IMG/VR virus record: IMGVR_UViG_3300042934_000106
Location: 1-57,614 of that record
Origin: a virus
Lineage: Duplodnaviria > Caudoviricetes
Reading direction: 5' to 3' (one strand)
DNA: 57,614 nucleotides
The notes beneath the pieces were generated by a model. The model searched no databases and was not told the origin of the DNA. It saw nothing but the letters and a program-made list of their open reading frames with translations. This document shows positions 39,031 through 45,798 of this stretch, one piece after another. Made by a program: the position numbers and the translations under genes. Numbering within the stretch: position 1 is the first letter of the stretch; every line of letters begins with the position of its first letter.

Positions 39031-39401
39031 TACTTTCCCTCAGCGTGCCAAACGGCACGGAGTACACGGGCAATCTCCGCTTCGATGAACGACCACTCAG
39101 CCTTAATGACGTGGCGGACACTGATGTCTGTCCGGTGTGCCGCCCGCTTTGCCTTGCGCCATTCCAGCGCACGATGAATGGTCATCAGTTCCAGCTTGGA
39201 CAGTTCCCACGCCTGTTCATCAGGCAGGAAGTTGTCCGAACTCATATGCACCATGCCGCGGGCAGCACTCACGTACTCCGTGCCAGTCCAGATGTTGTCT
39301 CGTGACTGGAGTTCCAGGGCCCTGCGGAGTGTGGTCCGGACGTAGGCTGTACATGCGTAGCTGTAGGTAGCTACGCGGTAGGTCTGTTCCGTGTCGTTCA
39401 C
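39021..39401 (-). CDS. Hypothetical protein
   Basis: GGAGG RBS after stem-loop. Confidence 0.7.
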   Translation of the reverse strand: MNDTEQTYRVATYSYACTAYVRTTLRRALELQSRDNIWTGTEYVSAARGMVHMSSDNFLPDEQAWELSKLELMTIHRALEWRKAKRAAHRTDISVRHVIKAEWSFIEAEIARVLRAVWHAEGKYWM

Positions 39402-39493
39402 TGCCTTACCTCCGTGTTGTGCGCTAAGTGGTTCCTAGCGACTCGGCAAAGGTGACTGGCAAACGTCAGTCACCAATGCCCAATCCCTAGGAA

Positions 39494-39694
39494 CTAGTGC
39501 GTGACAGGGGCAGTGGTGATGCCCGGATCATCGTCCTTACGGTGCGTCTCGCACCGAAGAACACATGAGCAGTGCTTGTCCCCGCGGAACTCAAAGAACT
39601 CCCAATGAGTGGGAGACTCCTCACAGAGGGGGATGCACTTCTTACCCTCCGAGGCCGCATAACTGGAGTAGTGAACGCCGATACGGTTACTCAT
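39494..39694 (-). CDS. Hypothetical Cys/His-rich protein
   Basis: AAAGG RBS; stop starts stem-loop. Confidence 0.6.
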   Translation of the reverse strand: MSNRIGVHYSSYAASEGKKCIPLCEESPTHWEFFEFRGDKHCSCVLRCETHRKDDDPGITTAPVTH

Positions 39695-39761
39695 TTGTCT
39701 GCCTTTCCGGGCATAGAAAAGGGACCAAGGGCGTGTTCCCTCAGTCACACCTACTGCTGTT

Positions 39762-40145
39762 TCAGGCGCCGTTCCGGCATCCTTGCTTGACGTATTCAGC
39801 CTGTGCTCGCACGGAACGGCGCTCCCCGTTGTCCGTGTCGTCTGACACTAGGTCTCGGTACATAACGCGTCCCGCTTCAGTCTCCTGCATGGCCCCGCAA
39901 GGACCGTAGGACGCAGTCAGAGACTCCACTGTGGGTTCGTCCACACAGAGACGGCCGTTACCGTCTTCCTTGACGGAGGAGCCATCCTCGAAGGTGATGG
40001 TTGAACAGGCTCCGTCCTTGAATGCAGACACCCTTGCCCGCTGCACTTCCTGTCGGTTGTGCTCTTGCATCACGGAGTGAGTGATGCCCACGGAAACACC
40101 CGCAGAAAGGATGATGGACACCAGTGCAGTAGCGATGTACCTCAC
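39762..40145 (-). CDS. Secreted/membrane-anchored hypothetical protein
   Basis: N-terminal TM. Confidence 0.65.
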   Translation of the reverse strand: MRYIATALVSIILSAGVSVGITHSVMQEHNRQEVQRARVSAFKDGACSTITFEDGSSVKEDGNGRLCVDEPTVESLTASYGPCGAMQETEAGRVMYRDLVSDDTDNGERRSVRAQAEYVKQGCRNGA

Positions 40146-40146
40146 G

Positions 40147-40347
40147 TCAGTTCCCCGTCTCGTCGTAGTTGTACGCGTCGTCTCGCTGGCATGTGAACCA
40201 GGAATGATGCTCCTGGCCTACCTGGGAGTTCCAGTCTCGGCAGTCAGCCTCTTGGCATTCCGAGCACAGTTCAGGCTTTGTGGTGTCACTCGATACCGTG
40301 ATGTCCATGCAGTCACGGCAAGCGCAGTGCGTGTTTCCGCTGGTCAT
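40147..40347 (-). CDS. Cys-rich hypothetical protein
   Basis: CACRDC...CSEC. Confidence 0.65.
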   Translation of the reverse strand: MTSGNTHCACRDCMDITVSSDTTKPELCSECQEADCRDWNSQVGQEHHSWFTCQRDDAYNYDETGN

Positions 40348-40349
40348 GT

Positions 40350-40733
40350 TCACGCCCCCCATTCCGTCATCGCGTGACGCTCACCGTGGTACTCACTTCC
40401 GCATCCCTGGCAATCAGACATGCTGAATGTGTTCGTCTCGCAGTCGCATTCGTAGTCGTCTGGGTAGACGTGGTCCGACGGGTCGTGGTGAGCCCGGGAG
40501 TCGTCTCCGTGCTCTTCACAGTCGTCGCCGTGAGTGCACATGCACTTGACCGCGCATGCGTCGTCATGGTCCTCCCGCCCCATACCGGGACACGCCTCAG
40601 GGGACAGGCGAGAAAGAGGCTCACCCCCCTCATGCCCCTCATCACGATGGCAGTCTCCGCACTCGCCGTTCGCAGCGTGCATGATGCAGTTCGTGCACAC
40701 CCAAATGGTCCACGACTCACGTGTCTTGCCCAT
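40350..40733 (-). CDS. Cys/His/Asp-rich hypothetical protein
   Basis: CTNC...CQGCG..YHGERH. Confidence 0.7.
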   Translation of the reverse strand: MGKTRESWTIWVCTNCIMHAANGECGDCHRDEGHEGGEPLSRLSPEACPGMGREDHDDACAVKCMCTHGDDCEEHGDDSRAHHDPSDHVYPDDYECDCETNTFSMSDCQGCGSEYHGERHAMTEWGA

Positions 40734-40810
40734 AGTCTTGCCTTTCACTTGAACGGATAGGGTCAATACGGGGGCCGGGCTTGCCGGCCCCCTCTATTCA
40801 CCCGACCCAT

Positions 40811-40987
40811 TCAGGAGTGGTGCAGGAAGAACGAGTGAAGCTCATCCATGTCATTCCGAGAGAGCCAGTGGTTCCACTCAGGAGACAACGGGGGGCGGAA
40901 CATTCCCTCCGGAAACCAGTCAGGCAGAGGACCCTTTGTGAGTCCCTGCATGGGCAGAGGCAGATCCTTGTCCAGGGTGACGCTCAT
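40811..40987 (-). CDS. Hypothetical protein (58 aa)
   Basis: AAAGGA RBS; TGA starts stem-loop; read manually. Confidence 0.55.
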   Translation of the reverse strand: MSVTLDKDLPLPMQGLTKGPLPDWFPEGMFRPPLSPEWNHWLSRNDMDELHSFFLHHS

Positions 40988-41052
40988 TCTCGTGTCCTTT
41001 CATGCGACCCTGATTGGTCGCATGTCAACCTATGGGTAAAAAAAGGAGTGGG

Positions 41053-41223
41053 TCAGCGAGAGAGGTACTTACGGATAGACTGGCGGAACTTGCTTTCGTC
41101 ACCGCGCTTGACACTGCGACGCTTCACCTTGCGCCCCCTACCGGGAGGCTGGCCACAGCAGTAACAGTCTCGCCCTCCGGGTCCCTCCGGGCACTGCTTG
41201 CCTGGCATCCTGCCCTGGTTCAC
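41053..41223 (-). CDS. Small basic Cys-rich protein
   Basis: GTGA overlap; GPGGRDCYCC. Confidence 0.6.
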   Translation of the reverse strand: MNQGRMPGKQCPEGPGGRDCYCCGQPPGRGRKVKRRSVKRGDESKFRQSIRKYLSR

Positions 41224-41402
41224 TTGCTCCCCCTGCCCACACGGAGTGCCTGATACGTCGACCTGAGATCCTGAGGACGATTGTCCCTGAGGTAGTAACC
41301 CCAACCCCAAAGGGTGACCGGATCGTTCTTGTTCCGACGTGCCTCCAACACGTCCTCCGGAACGGGCCCCTTGGGTGCGTTCTGCTTGGCCAGGTTAACC
41401 AT
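41220..41402 (-). CDS. Hypothetical protein
   Basis: TAATG overlap. Confidence 0.6.
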   Translation of the reverse strand: MVNLAKQNAPKGPVPEDVLEARRNKNDPVTLWGWGYYLRDNRPQDLRSTYQALRVGRGSK

Positions 41403-41599
41403 TACTCGTCACCTCTGATTCCGTACTCCGTGTTGACCATACGGGCGTCAATCTCTGCCCCGTAGAAGTTGATGAGCACGACCGCAGCTTGCTTGACGTG
41501 ATCCGGGGTGTCCGGGTGGTTGCGGATCAGATCCATACGGAATCGAGCGTTGTACAGATCTTCACCAGTCATGCTCTTGAGCGCAGGGATGTTCCTCAT
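41402..41599 (-). CDS. Hypothetical protein
   Basis: ATGA overlap, GGAGG RBS. Confidence 0.65.
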   Translation of the reverse strand: MRNIPALKSMTGEDLYNARFRMDLIRNHPDTPDHVKQAAVVLINFYGAEIDARMVNTEYGIRGDE

Positions 41600-41871
41600 G
41601 CTGCCCTCCTGACGAACTTGTACGGACCGGCGTTGCCGGCACGCATCATGAGCCTGCCGTTCTTGCTCCACTTGGTCTCGTAGCTCTCGTAGAGGGTTGT
41701 GAAGGCGTCGCTGTGCTCCTTGTACGCCTCAGCGTGGAATGCAGCCCACTCCTGTGCCTCCGTCATGTCCGGGGCCTGATGCGTCATGCCCACAGAGGGA
41801 GCCGTGACCATGCCACCGATACCGAGACCGAACACCACGGTCATGACCGCGGAGATAACCCACATGATCAT
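41596..41871 (-). CDS. Membrane-anchored hypothetical protein
   Basis: GAGGA RBS after repeat R1; N-terminal TM. Confidence 0.65.
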   Translation of the reverse strand: MIMWVISAVMTVVFGLGIGGMVTAPSVGMTHQAPDMTEAQEWAAFHAEAYKEHSDAFTTLYESYETKWSKNGRLMMRAGNAGPYKFVRRAA

Positions 41872-41886
41872 TGCTCTGTCCTCTCC

Positions 41887-41950
41887 TAGACGGAAGTAAC
41901 AGGACACACGGACGGTTCATGCCGTCCGTGTGTCCGATACCTCTTATCTA
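41887..41950 (-). repeat. Intergenic structured repeat R1
   Basis: TAGA-TAA-GAGGTA-TC-[14-bp stem]-TGT-TACTTC-CG-TCTA on minus strand. Confidence 0.85.
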
Positions 41951-42187
41951 GCGGTACATTGTTGCTGCGGTAAGACCAATCCACTCCCCAACGATCTCTT
42001 CCGGGGTGTATGCAATGTCATCCCACATGACCTCTACTGCGTCGAACGCGTCGATGACGTTCAACCACTGATAGCGGTTGATCATCTTAAGTGCTCCCAG
42101 TGCTTCCGCGTATTGCCCGCTGTTGTACTGACGGATGATCCCGTTACGGAACGGGATCAGGGTGTTGCTGTATCCGGTTTGCATCAT
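41948..42187 (-). CDS. Hypothetical protein
   Basis: AAGGAG RBS; stop is first codon of R1. Confidence 0.65.
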   Translation of the reverse strand: MMQTGYSNTLIPFRNGIIRQYNSGQYAEALGALKMINRYQWLNVIDAFDAVEVMWDDIAYTPEEIVGEWIGLTAATMYR

Positions 42188-42216
42188 GATGTACTCCTTT
42201 ATATCGCCTTTAAACA

Positions 42217-42271
42217 TAGACGGAAGTAAGAGGGCGCCTGTACGAGACAGACGCCCGATACCTCTTATCTA
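42217..42271 (-). repeat. Intergenic structured repeat R2
   Basis: Same frame as R1, different apical stem. Confidence 0.85.
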
Positions 42272-42303
42272 GGTCAGCATGTATGGTCGCAAGTCAACTT
42301 AAG

Positions 42304-42660
42304 CTAGTCCGTTGTCTCTACGTAGACCAGGTAACCGTCCTGGCGCTCCCAGTGGTATCCGAGCTTGACCAGTCCATCGAACACGAACACCGCCCGACCG
42401 CAGTCGGCGCACTGGTGAGGGTGAGTGTCCGTGCTGGCCTTGATAGGGCCCTGGTCCACCACGCAACGGACCACGTTACTGGGAACGCTGTCCTCCTGCT
42501 TGGCCTGTGGCTTGAACTTGCTCTGGTCCACGTTGTGGTTGATCAGAGTCAGGTTCGCGTAAAGACGGACCGAGGACAGCATGCGTGCCGCTTCGAGTTC
42601 ATCCGTGAACTCAGGACGGAATACCTTGCCCTGGTCGTCCTTGTACTGTACGTAGAACAT
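42304..42660 (-). CDS. Hypothetical protein
   Basis: AGGAG RBS after R3. Confidence 0.7.
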   Translation of the reverse strand: MFYVQYKDDQGKVFRPEFTDELEAARMLSSVRLYANLTLINHNVDQSKFKPQAKQEDSVPSNVVRCVVDQGPIKASTDTHPHQCADCGRAVFVFDGLVKLGYHWERQDGYLVYVETTD

Positions 42661-42678
42661 TGATGCTCCTGTATCTGC

Positions 42679-42733
42679 TAGGCGACAGTAAGAGGACGCT
42701 GGTTCGAGACCAGCGCCCGATACTGCTTACCTA
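42679..42733 (-). repeat. Intergenic structured repeat R3
   Basis: TAGG-TAA-GCAGTA-TC-[stem]-TCT-TACTGT-CG-CCTA. Confidence 0.85.
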
Positions 42734-42906
42734 TGCTTAGAGCACGTATTTAGACCTAGCTGTCTCGGCCTCTTACAGGGAGTCCCCTTGACCGTCGTCT
42801 TACCGCACTGCCAGTAGGGGTCATGTGTTACACAGACTGCCTTGCCTTTCTGTGCGTTGTTGATGCACTTGTATCCGTTGTCCCTTACCTTGGAGCACTT
42901 AGCCAC
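42727..42906 (-). CDS. Small tandem CCCH Zn-finger protein
   Basis: C..G.KC...C..H twice. Confidence 0.65.
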   Translation of the reverse strand: MAKCSKVRDNGYKCINNAQKGKAVCVTHDPYWQCGKTTVKGTPCKRPRQLGLNTCSKHR

Positions 42907-42910
42907 CGTG

Positions 42911-43231
42911 TCACTCTCCAATGGCGCGGTTCACCCGTGCCTGATACTGCTTGTAGACCGAGTCCGTGTCAGTGGAGGGGGACACAACCTCCTGTCCCTC
43001 TTGGATGATCCGAGCCTGGCCGACCCATTCCTGGTACCGCAGTCCGCTAGCAGGATGGCCAACGACGGTGGCCCACTCTTCTACCGGCTCAGTCGGCACC
43101 CCTTCCTCATCGAACCAAGAGTAGGTGTGTGCCTCCCTCTTCTCCGTGGTCTGATGTGTTCCGCGGTGCCCTGATTCCAGAACACACACATCCCGTCCGT
43201 ACTTCCAACGGTTACCACACTTGTCTGTCAT
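42911..43231 (-). CDS. Hypothetical protein, first gene of early operon
   Basis: AAGGAG RBS after R4; C...CVLESGHRGTH. Confidence 0.65.
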   Translation of the reverse strand: MTDKCGNRWKYGRDVCVLESGHRGTHQTTEKREAHTYSWFDEEGVPTEPVEEWATVVGHPASGLRYQEWVGQARIIQEGQEVVSPSTDTDSVYKQYQARVNRAIGE

Positions 43232-43246
43232 GTCTTGCTCCTTGCA

Positions 43247-43309
43247 TAGGCGACAACATGCCGGCACCTAGACTCCGGAGAGGCTAGCTACCGTCATGCC
43301 GCTTACCTA
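43247..43309 (-). repeat. Intergenic structured repeat R4
   Basis: TAGG-TAA-GCGGCATG...CATGTTGT-CG-CCTA. Confidence 0.75.
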
Positions 43310-43393
43310 TCAATGTGTTGTCAGGATGCAGCCGCGGAGGGTTTCATGCCCCCGCACCCTTGACGCTTAGCCTATTACGCTTAGGCGGTTTCA

Positions 43394-43439
43394 CTGTTGA
43401 GTTCTCAAGGTGTAGCCGATGGCTCACTTTGTACTGAGC
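43394..43439 (-). promoter_or_regulatory. rrn-like boxB hairpin plus boxA antitermination element
   Basis: Minus strand GCTCA-GTACAAAG-TGAGC then CCTTGAGAACTCAACAG. Confidence 0.6.
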
Positions 43440-43496
43440 TAGGTGACTAGCCGTTCCTCCGGGCCCTGTCGTCCGGTTGCCCTTCCGACACAGAGA

Positions 43497-43526
43497 ACAT
43501 TACGGGGTCCGTGGTCGCATGTCAAC
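43497..43526 (-). promoter_or_regulatory. Leftward early promoter overlapped by operator box
   Basis: TTGACA-17-TAATGT; GTTGACATGCGACCA. Confidence 0.8.
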
Positions 43527-44159
43527 CGGACCACCAAGATCTTCTGTGCAGACTTCATTCATTCATGCATGGGTGTGGTGGGAGCACAGGGTGTAGGCCC
43601 GTACCTCTACATAGAGGAACGCGTGTGCGCGCATACCACAGTATGCGGGTGTGCACAAATACGCAGGTCAGTATGCATGCAGTGCTGTGAAGGGTGAGGC
43701 ACAGAGGTAGGCACAGGTGCACCTGACTACCTGCCCACCGGGCCCTGAGGCTGGCTACAGCTGTACCCGCTCCCCGTCCATTGGGTCATGATCCTGCGCT
43801 CCCCCGCCAGGTATCTCATTGAATGAATGACCTAATTCCAGGCCAGCATGGATTGAATGCCGGCATGCTATTGCCTCAACCCTGCCCGCGTTTATTCATT
43901 CATTTGCATGCGTGTGTACACACCCGGGGTAATGCGTTTATATATACGCAACGGACCCGCCGGGGGCACCTTCCTTCGATCGTGTACGGGTAATGAAGCG
44001 TTGAGAGCCTCTCTAAGAGCCTCCCAGCCCTATCCCTGCCCAAGTCCCTCCAGACCCCTTTTTGAGCCCTCTGAGGGACTCTCAGGCCCTTTCTGGCCCT
44101 ATCCGGGCCTCAGACCCTCCATCTGGGACGAGAATGAATGAAAGAAGTGCCCTCATACG

Positions 44160-44227
44160 TGTGATCTGGCTCTCAGTTCCAGGATTCTTGACACCAACCA
44201 CCGCGTAGTGACACCGACATCTATATT
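44160..44227 (+). promoter_or_regulatory. Duplicated 68-bp element, putative late promoter (copy B)
   Basis: Matches 13346-13413; ends in TATATT. Confidence 0.6.
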
Positions 44228-44417
44228 GTAAAGGGTTTGAGATATATACCCCCTAGTGATCTTGAGTGTGACAGTAGAGCCCCGCCGGGGGAGGCGGGGC
44301 GACAGTAGTAGGGCCGCTCCCTCAGAGCGGCCTAATGAATGAAATAAGTGTTAGCCGGCCCCCAGAGGGGCCAGCATAGTGCAGGAAAGAATGAATTAAG
44401 TAGCCCGGGACATGAGA

Positions 44418-44460
44418 AAGCCCCCTCCCCCGCAAAGGGAGGGGGCTATTTCTGTTTTCT
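44418..44460. terminator. Bidirectional terminator
   Basis: AGCCCCCTCCC/GGGAGGGGGCT with A/T flanks. Confidence 0.75.
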
Positions 44461-44747
44461 CAGTTGTAGAACTGAGTTCCAGGGTCGAACGGAGAAGTCT
44501 GAGGCTTCCTGGGCCTCCAGTTCCGAGGAGTCTGACCCTCTCCTGTCCTGTCCCACTCCAACCAAGAAAGGAAGCAGTGGTTTAGCCACGCCTGGGCACC
44601 GTGCTTGGTGTACCACTCCAGGGGTTTGGTGTTGCCTTGGTCATCCACCAAGGAACAGTAGTCGTACCACTCCAGATCTAGGATGCCGAACTTTCTTCCA
44701 TCCCTGGTGGCAGTGATCTTGTAACGTCCTACGCTCTGCTCCATCAC
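44460..44747 (-). CDS. Hypothetical protein
   Basis: GGAGG RBS, overlap. Confidence 0.7.
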   Translation of the reverse strand: MMEQSVGRYKITATRDGRKFGILDLEWYDYCSLVDDQGNTKPLEWYTKHGAQAWLNHCFLSWLEWDRTGEGQTPRNWRPRKPQTSPFDPGTQFYN

Positions 44748-44998
44748 CCCTCCTTGGTGACAATCAGGGTCCTAGCCTCACCATGAACCCAGATGGGACA
44801 ACGCCACTCCCCTACAGAAGCCACGGTCGCCCCCACAGACCCTGTCTGGAAGTCCCTGTTGGCCTGTACGGCGCTCATCGCCACCCCATCGGGGTCTTCG
44901 GCCAGTAGTTCGGTCAGAACCTCCATGGAGGCTGCCTGAATCTCCTGCATGGTCCCCTTCTTCAGGGCTTGGCCGGCCAAGGTGGCTGTGTAGGTCAT
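44744..44998 (-). CDS. Hypothetical protein
   Basis: ORF MTYTATL. Confidence 0.65.
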   Translation of the reverse strand: MTYTATLAGQALKKGTMQEIQAASMEVLTELLAEDPDGVAMSAVQANRDFQTGSVGATVASVGEWRCPIWVHGEARTLIVTKEG

Positions 44999-45189
44999 GG
45001 GAGCCATTCTGCCCCGGACTCGGACCTCTTGTAGATAGTTGGCACAGACGACCTCGGTTCGTTGTAGTCTCTGACCACGGGCCATCCCCCTCAAGTTTGG
45101 CCCACAGAAGACCCCTGTACTCCTCGTCTGGGTTACCGGCCACTGGCCGGGGGCTGAGGGCAGGGGTCTTCTCACGCCCAGGACAGCAG

Positions 45190-45220
45190 AAAGCCCCCTC
45201 CCGAAGGAGGGGGCTTTTTC
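45190..45220. terminator. Bidirectional terminator
   Basis: AAAGCCCCCTCC-CGAA-GGAGGGGGCTTTTT. Confidence 0.85.
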
Positions 45221-45230
45221 GTAACCCAGG

Positions 45231-45413
45231 CTACGCCGGGCCAACGTCGTTCACCTGGATTCCCTTGCCCAAGTCATGTGCCAAAAAGACCTGACCTCCT
45301 CCTACCTCGTGACCTTGATCCCGGAGAGCTTGAAGCATGTCCTGCTTCATGGAGTCGAGAGCCTGGAGCTTGACTACGGCCGACTCAACTTCCTCAGACA
45401 CAGACTCATCCAT
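45231..45413 (-). CDS. Hypothetical protein
   Basis: Operonic ORF. Confidence 0.6.
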   Translation of the reverse strand: MDESVSEEVESAVVKLQALDSMKQDMLQALRDQGHEVGGGQVFLAHDLGKGIQVNDVGPA

Positions 45414-45633
45414 GAGGCCCCGCCTTCACCTTGTACTGAACGAGCATCTGAGGAACCGTACCGCGGTCCTCGTAGCCCTGGAGCCAACCATGCTCCAGGA
45501 TGTTGGCCATCATCTTCAGAGCCCACCTGGTGGCCTCGGACTGAGACTTCCCTGTCTCCATGATGATCTTCAGAGACCTGTCGGACTCATCCGTCCTCGG
45601 GACGGACAGGTTCTTCACTACGCGCTTGGTCAC
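45406..45633 (-). CDS. Ribbon-helix-helix-like DNA-binding protein
   Basis: NLSV...LKII.ETGKSQSEATRWAL. Confidence 0.55.
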   Translation of the reverse strand: MTKRVVKNLSVPRTDESDRSLKIIMETGKSQSEATRWALKMMANILEHGWLQGYEDRGTVPQMLVQYKVKAGPHG

Positions 45634-45737
45634 TGGTCGTCCTCCTCAGTCAGAAGGTCGTAGATGGTCTCCAGAGACTCCCTGGGGACCTCTGGTGACT
45701 GTCGCAACCAGTGATCGATCCACTCACGGTCTGTCAT
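45630..45737 (-). CDS. 35-aa mini-protein, candidate recombination directionality factor
   Basis: MTDREWIDHWLRQSPEVPRESLETIYDLL; divergent from integrase. Confidence 0.5.
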   Translation of the reverse strand: MTDREWIDHWLRQSPEVPRESLETIYDLLTEEDDQ

Positions 45738-45798
45738 CTTCCCTGCTCCCCGGCTTGTCTCACGTACGGAGTCTGATAGAACTCCGCGCATCCGAAGT

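Noticed and set aside
41887-43309. CRISPR or TIGR-like guide array
   Set aside because: Repeats are separated by whole genes, not fixed-length spacers; no Cas or Nop-domain effector seen
41887-43309. Classical integron
   Set aside because: No tyrosine integrase and no RYYYAAC/GTTRRRY ends; kept only as an alternative hypothesis
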